DNA of 32,000 bases. It comes from Candidatus Saccharimonadota bacterium (GTDB lineage Bacteria; Patescibacteriota; Saccharimonadia; Saccharimonadales; Saccharimonadaceae). The stretch spans positions 150,001 to 182,000 of the forward strand of contig CP060232.1 in NCBI GenBank assembly GCA_023898645.1. The letters run 5' to 3'. The position numbers and the translations under genes are program-made. The notes under the pieces were generated by a model, which was not told the origin of the DNA, searched no databases, and saw only the letters and a program-made list of their open reading frames with translations. This document shows, one piece after another, positions 14,931-23,571 of this stretch (positions within the stretch are counted from its first letter, which is position 1; the number at the start of each line of letters is the position of its first letter).

Positions 14931-16361
14931 ATGCATAAACACATTCACGATAAGGTAAATACTACTCGACCGTTGGTGATGCACATCGATCTCAATAGTT
15001 GCTTTGCCACGGTAGAACAGCAAGCGCGGCCGCGGCTAAGGGGGCGACCGGTAGCGGTGGTGAATCGGCGGACTGAGAATACTATGATTATCACGGCTAG
15101 CTATGAGGCAAAGGCGATGGGCGTGAAGCTTGGTATGCGGCTGCGTGATGCTAAGCGACTATGCCCAGGGCTTGTTGGTGTCGAAAGCGACCCAGCCAAA
15201 TATCGCTATGTGTATCATAAGCTGCTCGACATCATGAATGATTACTCGGCGCACGTGACTATGAAGAGTATCGACGAGGGGGTGATTGATTTTACGCAGG
15301 CACCGAAGGCTATCGTGGAGCGCGGGCTCGAGGTGATTGGCTATGAAATTAAGCAGCGATTACGCGACGAAATTGGCTGCGCCATGCGTTGCAATGTAGG
15401 CATTGGTACGAATCGATTCTTGGCCAAGATGGCGGCGAGTTTGCATAAGCCGGATGGGCTCGATGCCATCACGGCGGACAATTTGCGCGAGGTGTACAGT
15501 ACGCTCAAGCTTACCGATCTGACTGGCATTGCCGGGCGCAATGAGCATCGTCTGAATGCTGTCGGTATTTATACGCCGCTCGAGTTTCTCGATGCGTCGG
15601 TCGATGTATTGCATAGTATGGTGTTTCAGAGTGTCAATGGCGAGCAGTGGCATCAGAGGCTGCGTGGTTGGGAGGTTGATGATTTTGGCGCTGCATTACC
15701 CAAGCGGGTAGGCCGACAGTACGTGCTTGATAGCTTCAGTCTAACGTTTGACGAGATATTGAATCGGTTGCATCATCTCTGCGAATCGGTCGGCTATCGC
15801 ATGCGCAAACAAGGATTGAGTGCACGTGGTGTTTATGTCGGTACGCGGACGTTTGACATGGAGGGTGACAGAAGGCGAATACCTGGCTTGCACGAAACCT
15901 CGCCGATCTCAGAGTCGTATCCGGGCGAGTCAGAGGGCGTTTTATCCGAGAGAGGCATAGCTGAAGCTACGTTGAGCGAGGAAAAGCGACATCTGGCCGG
16001 TCGGGGCGAATCTGAGGCGGCAGGGATTTCGCGTAAGTCGGGTACATATTGGCATGCTACTCATGTGTCGCAAACGCCATTTTTTAGTAATGAAGCTATC
16101 TATGGTCTGGCGCGGCAACTTTTTGTAAATGCACCGCCGAACATTCGTGATATCAATGTGCACGTGTATCTGCTAGAGCAGGGCGATCGGTCGCAGCTGA
16201 GTATTTTTAATGACCAAATCGCTCGCGAACGAGCAGTGGTTGGTGCGATTGACGAGCTTAATCAGCGCTACGGAGAGCATACGATTCATGCGGCGAGCAC
16301 CACGAACACCGGTCCGTTCGTCAAAACAAAGATACCTTTCGGGAGTACGAGGTACTTGTAA
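14931..16361 (+). CDS. dinB: Y-family DNA polymerase IV
   Basis: The catalytic motifs are MHIDLNSCFATVEQ (D-x-x-x-F-[FY]-A-x-V-E) and KSIDEGVID (S-[IL]-D-E). RFLAKMAASLHKPDG matches the conserved KxLAKxAS..KPxG thumb motif. At 476 aa it is longer than usual because of an insertion in the little-finger region. Confidence 0.9.
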   Translation: MHKHIHDKVNTTRPLVMHIDLNSCFATVEQQARPRLRGRPVAVVNRRTENTMIITASYEAKAMGVKLGMRLRDAKRLCPGLVGVESDPAKYRYVYHKLLDIMNDYSAHVTMKSIDEGVIDFTQAPKAIVERGLEVIGYEIKQRLRDEIGCAMRCNVGIGTNRFLAKMAASLHKPDGLDAITADNLREVYSTLKLTDLTGIAGRNEHRLNAVGIYTPLEFLDASVDVLHSMVFQSVNGEQWHQRLRGWEVDDFGAALPKRVGRQYVLDSFSLTFDEILNRLHHLCESVGYRMRKQGLSARGVYVGTRTFDMEGDRRRIPGLHETSPISESYPGESEGVLSERGIAEATLSEEKRHLAGRGESEAAGISRKSGTYWHATHVSQTPFFSNEAIYGLARQLFVNAPPNIRDINVHVYLLEQGDRSQLSIFNDQIARERAVVGAIDELNQRYGEHTIHAASTTNTGPFVKTKIPFGSTRYL

Positions 16362-16413
16362 ATCTAAGCGTAACTGTCATAATTGTAGTTACAAAGAGGA
16401 GAAAATAAACAAA

Positions 16414-18621
16414 GTGGCTCGCTTACCGCAACCAGGTGGAGACAATGGCAATTGGGGCCATATTCTTAATGATTATCTGAGTCAAACACTCAAAGCCGAC
16501 GGAACACTGAAAGACGGCATTGTTCCGGAAGCGTCACTAGACGTGACCGTGCAGTCGAAGCTCAATGGCATTACAGGGAAAGTCGATAAATCAATCTTAA
16601 CGACAAAAGGCGACATATACGTCGCCGCTGGCTCTGGGACGCCTGTTCGACTTGGTGTCGGCATGGATGGGCAAGTTCTCACTGCAGATAGTAGTACTGT
16701 TCTCGGGGTGAGTTGGGCGGCAGTAACAACGAGTTCGCAGAAGAGGTATTGTATCGATGATTTCGGCGCAGACCCCACAGGAGTGGTAAATTCAGACGAT
16801 GCTTTAGTTGCTGCGAGGGGGGCGCTTGGAAATGACCCGGGTGTAATTGAGTTTGGTGCCGGTGAGTACAAGTTCTCGAAGGGTTTGAATACGGTTTGGG
16901 GTATGGATCTCAGGCCTAAGCAGGGTGTTCGTGGCCAAGGTAAGGCCCTGACGAAGATTTATTTTCAAGGGCAGGGTGCGGTGTTTGAGTTTCGTAATCC
17001 TGATTGGACGTTCAATAGCGCGGGCAATCCCTACGGCGGTGTCCAAGGAATGTGGATCGATGGTTGGTCGAACACCAACACAGATACGTATGGAATTCGG
17101 TACGGTGACAGTAACGGTATGACGGTTGCAGATGTACATGTAGCCGGCTTTAATCAGGCTGGTTGTGCCGGACTGTACGGCGATAATCAGATTTCTTGGT
17201 CTGAGCGTGCCGACATCGAAATATCAGTGGAACAATGTACTACCTGTTTTTTGTTTGAGTCGAATGCTACTTCTACTCCTGCAGGCTCATCCTCGTTTGA
17301 TTACTCTCGTTATCGTTTGACGTTTGTAGCTGTCGCCAATCAGGACGTTTTTGTATTGCGCACCTCTCCTGGGTGTGTTCGTACTTCAATGAATGGTGTT
17401 CAAATGGAGTTAACAGGTAACTGCAATAACGCTCCTTCGGACGGTACGAACTCAGGGGTGCTGTGGCATGTCGGGTACGATAATGATGACGAAGCCTCGT
17501 TCTCTGGAACACTGCAGATTAATGTAGAGACGTCAGGATATTCCGACGGTGTCTGCCACAAGGATTTTGTCATGGGAGGCGTGGGCCCATGGTGGTTGGT
17601 GAAGTCGCGGGTGAGGGCCACTGGAGCGATTAACCTAATACCGTTTAGCGGAGTAAACTTTGCTGAAGGTGGCGCTACTCCATATAATTTCTCATTCGAC
17701 GGTTTGCTGTATAAGTCACCGTCACTTGGCTCTTCGGGTTATTTTGGTGCTTCTCGGTCTTTGCAGTTGCAGGCTGACTCTAGGGGAAGAATTAGTTTGG
17801 AAAATACTAACGCGGCGCAATTGATTTATGTTACTAGCGCTACGGCCGGTACGTATAGATTAAATTACGGCGGGACATATACCGACACGATACCATATAA
17901 CGCGTCGACTGCTCAGGTGCAGGCTGCACTCGAAGGAATCCCGGCATTGGCGGGGAATGTAACGGTGGTCCATGCTCAGTCTCGGTTCATTAACGGGGTA
18001 TATGCAAATGAGGTTGGTTTTGGCGTTGATTTCATCGGTTCGTTGTCTGAGACTGCGGTACCGACACTTACGGCTGATATGTCAAGTTTGACCGGTGGGG
18101 TCGACATCGTCGTCGCTAATACTGGTAGTCCCAACAAGACGATTAACCTAGAGATAGAGTCAGGCAATATGTTTGTAGTAAACTGGCTTGATCCCGGTAC
18201 TTATCGGATACGAGCACAGACCGGCAACTTAACTGATTCGATGGGTCTAGATAAAGATTCTCCGTTCGGTGCCACCGTGCTTGATGTGTGGATCCAGCAA
18301 CCGACTACTGGAGGGAATGTTATTTTGGAAGGGCCGTACTTCCCACCTGGAACCAATTTCGGCTCTAGCTACAATTTTCAATGGCTGGACGGTATCGATC
18401 CCGTGTTGTCTACCACGCCCAATGCCTATGATGTTATCCGTCTTTCCACATTCAACTTCAACGCGTGGATTGGCCAGCATGTGACACGTAAAGCTATCGC
18501 TTCTGTCCCATCTACTTCTTCTTCTCCTGGTATCGAAGGCCAGATTGCGTATGATGCAGATTATATGTATGTCTGCACGGATACTGATACGTGGAAACGT
18601 TCTCCGATAGGTTCTTGGTAA
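16414..18621 (+). CDS. tailspike-like protein B: shared N-terminal fibre module + pectate-lyase-like beta-helix + conserved C-terminal knob
   Basis: The track ORF 16210..18621 overlaps dinB. I place the start at in-frame GTG 16414 (VARLPQPGGDNGNWGHILNDYLSQTLKADGTLKD), after agaggaga. It contains the phage-fibre-like motif TKGDIYVAAGSGTPVRLGVGMDGQVLTADSSTVLGVSWA, then YCIDDFGADPTGVVNSDDALVAARGA...IEFGAGEYKF (beta-helix signature). The C-terminus is SSPGIEGQIAYDADYMYVCTDTDTWKRSPIGSW. Confidence 0.85.
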   Translation: MARLPQPGGDNGNWGHILNDYLSQTLKADGTLKDGIVPEASLDVTVQSKLNGITGKVDKSILTTKGDIYVAAGSGTPVRLGVGMDGQVLTADSSTVLGVSWAAVTTSSQKRYCIDDFGADPTGVVNSDDALVAARGALGNDPGVIEFGAGEYKFSKGLNTVWGMDLRPKQGVRGQGKALTKIYFQGQGAVFEFRNPDWTFNSAGNPYGGVQGMWIDGWSNTNTDTYGIRYGDSNGMTVADVHVAGFNQAGCAGLYGDNQISWSERADIEISVEQCTTCFLFESNATSTPAGSSSFDYSRYRLTFVAVANQDVFVLRTSPGCVRTSMNGVQMELTGNCNNAPSDGTNSGVLWHVGYDNDDEASFSGTLQINVETSGYSDGVCHKDFVMGGVGPWWLVKSRVRATGAINLIPFSGVNFAEGGATPYNFSFDGLLYKSPSLGSSGYFGASRSLQLQADSRGRISLENTNAAQLIYVTSATAGTYRLNYGGTYTDTIPYNASTAQVQAALEGIPALAGNVTVVHAQSRFINGVYANEVGFGVDFIGSLSETAVPTLTADMSSLTGGVDIVVANTGSPNKTINLEIESGNMFVVNWLDPGTYRIRAQTGNLTDSMGLDKDSPFGATVLDVWIQQPTTGGNVILEGPYFPPGTNFGSSYNFQWLDGIDPVLSTTPNAYDVIRLSTFNFNAWIGQHVTRKAIASVPSTSSSPGIEGQIAYDADYMYVCTDTDTWKRSPIGSW

Positions 18622-18652
18622 ACGTTGTCTTGTGAAATTTTAACGTAACCGG

Positions 18653-18688
18653 CATAATAACAACATACTACATAATAACAACATACTA
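18653..18688 (+). repeat. perfect tandem duplication of an 18-nt unit in the 5' leader of fibre gene C
   Basis: cataataacaacatacta occurs at 18653-18670 and again at 18671-18688, followed directly by the RBS aggag and the ATG at 18705. The first unit begins with CATAAT, which sits 17 nt after TTGTGA (18630-18635), a possible -35/-10 pair. Confidence 0.8.
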
Positions 18689-18704
18689 AGGAGAAACAGG
18701 GGAG

Positions 18705-20648
18705 ATGGCACGATTACCGATTCCTGGGGGCGACAAGGGTAACTGGGGAACAATTCTTAATGACTTTCTCACGCAATCACATAAATCTGACGGGAAATTA
18801 AAGGATGACTCTGTAGGTGCGGCTCAGCTGCAAGATAACGCGGTGACGGCGAGTGCGATTGCGCCGAATGCAATTACCGTTACTGAATTGGCAGGGGATT
18901 CCGTCGACACGACGGTAATTGCGGACGGATCGATTACGAGCGCCAAAATCGCTGACGGTACGATCGTCACAGGTGACATATCTCCGGCTGCTGGTATTGT
19001 AAAATCACAACTCTCATCAAGCGTGCAGGCATCTCTTGATAAAGCCGACACTGCATTGCAGTCAGGAACGTCCGTAAGCAGCATTTCGGGCTTTCCGTTG
19101 AGGTTACCGGGCGAAAAGGCAGTCGCAGTGGCACAAGAAGTCGCAGTTGCAAGGGCAGAAGTGAGCAATCCTGCCGGCCATAAGGTTGTTGTTCTCGCGG
19201 AAACTTGGGGTAAGCCGGGTATATTGAAGCATATTTGGGTGGCGGTAGATAATTCTGCGACGGTCGACGGGTTTTTGGAGCAAGGCGGTGTCATAAGGGT
19301 GTACACCGACGATGACACAACTCCGGCAATCTCAATGTCGCTTGGTGATTTCTTTTGTTTGGCAAATCGATCTGATGTTTTTGAAACACCACGTGTCGGC
19401 AGGTCTAATAGAGGTAGTGGAGGTTCGGCCTATCGCTATCTGCATATGCCATTTCAAAAGTATCTTCGAGTTGAGATTGAAAGTCTTATGGGTACAGACT
19501 CGGCTTTTTATGGCACCGCAGATTATTCATTAGTCGATTCGTTCAGCGATCTTGGAACGCAGCAGCTCGCCTATAGTATAAAAGGTCAACGAGTTGCAAG
19601 CCAGGCAGTGCAAACCCCCATGACGGTGTGTGATTTTGATGGTTCGGGGCAGATTGAATCATTGGTCGTGAGTTTTGCGGGTGCCGACAATGGAGACTGG
19701 GGCGTGCTCGAGGGCGATATTCAGGTATACGTAGATGGCGAGCAATTCCCTATATGGTCATCGTCTGGCATGGAGGATGCCTTTAATGGTGGTTGGTATG
19801 CAACACCAATCGGTGGTTATCCTGCTGGTCGTTCTGGTGATTCCGACCAGTCTGGTGTTAATATGACGATGTATAGATTTTTCCTTGATGATCCGATTTT
19901 CTATTCATCACACCTGAAGGTTGTGGCATGGGCAGGGCAGCCGGGTCAGGGAGGTATTGTTTCTGCGACGGTTGATTTTGCCGGCTATGTGGGCGTGTGG
20001 TCGTCGGCTGCAACAACGCCAAGCTACACAGCGGTTGACGGAATATCGCCACCCGTACTTAACGATCAGATGGACCAGACTGCAGGCGCGCTTGACTCTG
20101 GCACATGGAATCAAGACGGCACTCGCACCCAAATGGTGGCGACTGGTTCGACTTTTACAGTGCCATATGGTAGTGCAAGCGCCGATCAAGATGTACGAGC
20201 AGCGCGTAAAAACGTCTCATTACCTTCGGATTATTGGCTGGAAACAAAAGTTCGCATAACAGACCCTTCTCATGATAATCAAGAGGCGTTGCTTGTTATG
20301 CTCGGAGCCACACCTGATCCATATTTTGGCTCTGCGGTACACATAGGACTTCGACGATACGAGCAATACAACTGGCATATACAGCTTCGTGACGACTTTG
20401 ATACACCATTTGACGTGACGATTGGGGGAGGTTTGGATCTTACGAATATGTGGGCTCGGTTGGCTCTAAAGAAACAGGGTTCGAAAATCACTGGTTATTA
20501 TTCGTTGAATGATACTCCCTCTCCTTGGATTCCTCTTGGTACCTGGGACGCATCTAAAGTCGGAACCGGCTTTGGAATTGCTACATGGACTGCAGGTGCT
20601 GAGTTTGACTATCTAGTTGTTCGTCCTCTCGAAGATGTCACTAGCTAA
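18705..20648 (+). CDS. tail-fibre-like protein C: shared N-terminal module + DUF2961/GH172-like jelly-roll + C-terminal LamG/ConA-like domain
   Basis: The N-terminus is MARLPIPGGDKGNWGTILNDFLTQSHKSDGKLKD, followed by fibre-type repeats (AIAPNAITVTELAGDSVDTTVIADGSITSAKIADGTIV). The middle region carries GILKHIWVAV...VIRVYTDDDTTPAISMSLGDFF, YRYLHMPFQKYLRVEIE, WGVLEGDIQVYVDGEQFPIWSSSGMEDAFNGGW and MYRFFLDDPIFYSSHLKV. These follow the conserved blocks I recall for DUF2961 (PF11175, GH172). The C-terminal ~150 aa (YWLETKVRI...WARLALKKQGSKITGYYS...WIPLG) look LamG-like. Confidence 0.8.
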   Translation: MARLPIPGGDKGNWGTILNDFLTQSHKSDGKLKDDSVGAAQLQDNAVTASAIAPNAITVTELAGDSVDTTVIADGSITSAKIADGTIVTGDISPAAGIVKSQLSSSVQASLDKADTALQSGTSVSSISGFPLRLPGEKAVAVAQEVAVARAEVSNPAGHKVVVLAETWGKPGILKHIWVAVDNSATVDGFLEQGGVIRVYTDDDTTPAISMSLGDFFCLANRSDVFETPRVGRSNRGSGGSAYRYLHMPFQKYLRVEIESLMGTDSAFYGTADYSLVDSFSDLGTQQLAYSIKGQRVASQAVQTPMTVCDFDGSGQIESLVVSFAGADNGDWGVLEGDIQVYVDGEQFPIWSSSGMEDAFNGGWYATPIGGYPAGRSGDSDQSGVNMTMYRFFLDDPIFYSSHLKVVAWAGQPGQGGIVSATVDFAGYVGVWSSAATTPSYTAVDGISPPVLNDQMDQTAGALDSGTWNQDGTRTQMVATGSTFTVPYGSASADQDVRAARKNVSLPSDYWLETKVRITDPSHDNQEALLVMLGATPDPYFGSAVHIGLRRYEQYNWHIQLRDDFDTPFDVTIGGGLDLTNMWARLALKKQGSKITGYYSLNDTPSPWIPLGTWDASKVGTGFGIATWTAGAEFDYLVVRPLEDVTS

Positions 20649-20743
20649 GATCACGCTGTATACTTGTAAGTACAGGTAATCCTCATTGCTTAGTAGTTTT
20701 ATTGGGTATGATGGTGGTTAGGCTAGTAGAATTAAGAGTATCT

Positions 20744-21634
20744 ATGTTGCGAGATGAAAACTATGTGATTGCAGTCAGTGGCGGCGTTGATTCCGTCGCA
20801 TTGCTCGGTATGCTTGTCAATGGCAATTTACCACCTACCACCTACCACCCACCATCTACCAATCTCATTGTCGCTCACTTTGATCATGGCATACGTAATG
20901 AGTCTGCAGATGATGCGTTGTTTGTGCGGGATTTAGCAGCAAAGTATAACTTGCCATTTGAGACACGGCGAGAAAATTTGGGCAAAAATGCCAGCGAAGA
21001 AAAAGCACGAGAGCGACGCTACGCCTTTTTGCGTGAAGTTGCCAAGAAACATAAGGCGACAATCGTGACGGCGCATCATGCAAACGACGTTGTCGAAACA
21101 ATTGCAATTAATTTGACGCGCGGAACGGGTTGGCGAGGGCTGGCAGTACTCGATAGTGTTGATATTTGGCGGCCACTTCTTGCGACCTCAAAAAACGAAT
21201 TGTTGACATACGCCAAGCAGCATAATTTGACGTGGCATGAGGATGCTACCAACGAGGATACTAAGTATCTGCGCAATGATTTGCGACAAAAACTAACACA
21301 CTTGGACGTGCAGACGCGGGAATTGTTGCTACTCTATCGAAATCGTCAGGTTGCCTTGAAAAAACAAATTGATGACGAGTCGGCACTGCTCATTGGCAAT
21401 TCGCCATATCGGCGTCATATGTTTATCTCTGCGAATCACCATGCGGCATTGGAAATGCTCAGGGCTGTATTTGTCCGCGAAGTTGGTCAGAGTCTGACGC
21501 GCCCGCAGCTTGCTCGCGCGCTACACGCGGTCAAGGTGTATCATGCTGGCAAGATATTCCCTGTAAGCTCAAAAATACATTTGACCTTCACAAAAACACA
21601 CTTCGTTGTCGATACCAAGGATAAAATGGTATGA
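20744..21634 (+). CDS. tilS: tRNA(Ile)-lysidine synthetase
   Basis: The PP-loop motif is VIAVSGGVDSVALLGML (SGGxDS), and AHHANDVVETIAINLTRG matches the conserved HHxxDxxET block. The start is placed at ATG 20744, 8 aa before the PP-loop strand. The track ORF begins at TTG 20702, and ATG 20708 is also possible. Confidence 0.85.
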   Translation: MLRDENYVIAVSGGVDSVALLGMLVNGNLPPTTYHPPSTNLIVAHFDHGIRNESADDALFVRDLAAKYNLPFETRRENLGKNASEEKARERRYAFLREVAKKHKATIVTAHHANDVVETIAINLTRGTGWRGLAVLDSVDIWRPLLATSKNELLTYAKQHNLTWHEDATNEDTKYLRNDLRQKLTHLDVQTRELLLLYRNRQVALKKQIDDESALLIGNSPYRRHMFISANHHAALEMLRAVFVREVGQSLTRPQLARALHAVKVYHAGKIFPVSSKIHLTFTKTHFVVDTKDKMV

Positions 21635-21690
21635 TGAAAAGAGTGAAAAATTCCCTAATATTTGCTATTGAAAGGACTTGATACTGATAT

Positions 21691-23568
21691 ATGGCAACAA
21701 AAAGTACCTCACCGAAAAACCGAATGACTAACTGGATACGTCTAGGTTTGTTTTGGGCAATCATCATAGTTGCGGTACTGACGCTATTTGCCGTCATTAC
21801 GCCGCGTACACAACTCAAAGACGTACCAATCGCTCAAGTTATCACTAATGCTAACAAAGGCGACATTAGCAAAATCGAGGGGTCTGGTAACGAGCTTGTT
21901 ATTACAGTGAAGGGCAAAGAGCGTCCAACGCAACATTCGTATATTCAGGGCGGCGTGAGTACACTTATCAAGGACGATACACTTAATGCGGAAGCAAAGA
22001 AGACTTTGGCGGATACACCACCATCAACGACGGGTGAGACGCTTTGGAATCTAGCTATCATCATTGTCCCTGTATTGTTGATCGCTGGATTTTTCATGTT
22101 TATGATGCGACAAGCTCAGGGTCAAAATAATCAAGCGCTTGGATTTGGCAAGTCAAAGGCAAAACTGTATGGCTTGGACAAAGAAAAAGTTGTCTTTGAT
22201 GATATCGCAGGCAATGATAGTGCGAAGCAAGATTTGCAAGAAGTCGTGGACTTCCTGAAGCATCCTAAGAAGTATCACGATGTTGGTGCAAAAATTCCAA
22301 AGGGTGTGCTGCTGATCGGTAGCCCAGGTACAGGTAAGACGATGCTCGCGCGTGCTGTGGCGGGTGAGGCAAACGTGCCATTCTTTAGTATTTCTGGCTC
22401 GGAATTTGTCGAGATGTTTGTCGGTGTTGGTGCTAGTCGCGTGCGTGATTTGTTCGCCAAGGCAAAGAAGAATTCTCCTGCGATAATCTTTATCGATGAG
22501 ATTGACGCAGTCGGTCGTCGACGTGGTAGTGGTATGGGTGGCGGCCACGATGAGCGTGAGCAGACACTGAATCAGATATTGGTTGAGATGGACGGATTTG
22601 AAACCGGTACGAATGTTATCGTGCTTGCAGCTACCAACCGTGCAGACGTGCTTGACCCGGCGTTGCTTCGCCCTGGCCGATTCGACCGCCGTACAAATAT
22701 CATGCTGCCGGAACGCAAGGATCGCGAGGCAATTTTGAAGGTACACTTCAAGAACAAGCCAACAGATGATTCTGTCAATCTTGATAAGCTGGCGGCAAAA
22801 ACTGCAGGTACTTCGGGCGCTGATCTGGCGAATATTGCCAACGAAGCAGCGATTATTGCGGCTCGTGACAATCGAAAGAAGATTACCAATGCCGATTTGA
22901 CTGAAGCGTTTGAGAAGGTCGCAATTGGACCTGAGCGCAAGGCAAAGGTCATGACCGACAAAGAAAAAGAGCTGACTGCATATCACGAATCGGGTCATGC
23001 GATCGTCGGACATCTCCTTCCTGACAATGATCCGGTACATAAGGTGACAATCATCCCTCGCGGTGGCACGGGTGGTGTCACGTGGTTCTTGCCTCCTCAA
23101 GACAAGAGTTACACGAGCGTGTATGAATTCAAGGATCAGCTCGCTAGTGCACTTGGTGGTCGTATCGCGGAGAAGCTTCTATATGGTGCTGACGGTATTA
23201 CGACTGGCGCAGGGTCGGATCTTCGTAAGGCGACCGAGATCGCACGAGATATGGTGATAGAGCAAGGTATGGGTACGAAGCTTCGTGATCAAGTATTTCA
23301 CGAAGACAATGGCGGTATGGTGTTTGACAAGATTACTCACGAACGACCGTATAGTGATGATACCGCCAAGGAAATCGACAAGGAAGTAGAGACACTTATC
23401 AAGGAAGCAGCCAAGCGTGCTGAGCTTGTATTGAGTACAAATATGGATAGTCTACATAGTCTCGCAAAAGCATTGCTCGAAAAAGAAACTCTCGACGAAG
23501 AAGAAGTTGATAGCATACTAAAAAGTGCAGAATTGCCGAAAGAAGCGCGACTGTACGCCGCGAAGTAG
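21691..23568 (+). CDS. ftsH: ATP-dependent zinc metalloprotease FtsH
   Basis: It has an N-terminal TM pair, Walker A (GSPGTGKT), Walker B (IIFIDEIDA), the SRH ([19 protein letters not shown]) and the zinc site [11 protein letters not shown] (HExxH). It lies immediately downstream of tilS, a common arrangement. Confidence 0.97.
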   Translation: MATKSTSPKNRMTNWIRLGLFWAIIIVAVLTLFAVITPRTQLKDVPIAQVITNANKGDISKIEGSGNELVITVKGKERPTQHSYIQGGVSTLIKDDTLNAEAKKTLADTPPSTTGETLWNLAIIIVPVLLIAGFFMFMMRQAQGQNNQALGFGKSKAKLYGLDKEKVVFDDIAGNDSAKQDLQEVVDFLKHPKKYHDVGAKIPKGVLLIGSPGTGKTMLARAVAGEANVPFFSISGSEFVEMFVGVGASRVRDLFAKAKKNSPAIIFIDEIDAVGRRRGSGMGGGHDEREQTLNQILVEMDGFETGTNVIVLAATNRADVLDPALLRPGRFDRRTNIMLPERKDREAILKVHFKNKPTDDSVNLDKLAAKTAGTSGADLANIANEAAIIAARDNRKKITNADLTEAFEKVAIGPERKAKVMTDKEKELTAYHESGHAIVGHLLPDNDPVHKVTIIPRGGTGGVTWFLPPQDKSYTSVYEFKDQLASALGGRIAEKLLYGADGITTGAGSDLRKATEIARDMVIEQGMGTKLRDQVFHEDNGGMVFDKITHERPYSDDTAKEIDKEVETLIKEAAKRAELVLSTNMDSLHSLAKALLEKETLDEEEVDSILKSAELPKEARLYAAK

Positions 23569-23571
23569 GGC

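Noticed and set aside
14480-14938. A 152-aa plus-strand ORF between the small hypothetical gene and dinB
   Set aside because: The product is Ser/Arg/Ala-rich with no RBS. The opposite strand carries an 80-aa ORF with a good aggaga RBS and more protein-like composition. The 5' part also spans an intergenic hairpin.
16210-16413. The long N-terminal extension of tailspike B in the track ORF (start at 16210)
   Set aside because: It overlaps the last 150 nt of dinB in another frame and encodes Arg/Ser/Cys-rich sequence. All paralogues begin at M/V-[AS]-R-L-P, which corresponds to GTG 16414 with an upstream RBS.
7408-21634. A functional link between tilS and the CAU tRNA because both lie in this window
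   Set aside because: They are 13 kb apart, in separate transcription units, and tilS sits in its usual position next to ftsH. The co-occurrence is most likely coincidental.
22153-23100. A 315-aa ORF antisense to ftsH, plus the other antisense ORFs at 22275..22460, 22572..22961 and 23337..23699
   Set aside because: The sense strand encodes an unmistakable FtsH (Walker A/B, SRH, HExxH). The antisense products are Arg/Cys/Leu-rich and lack motifs.
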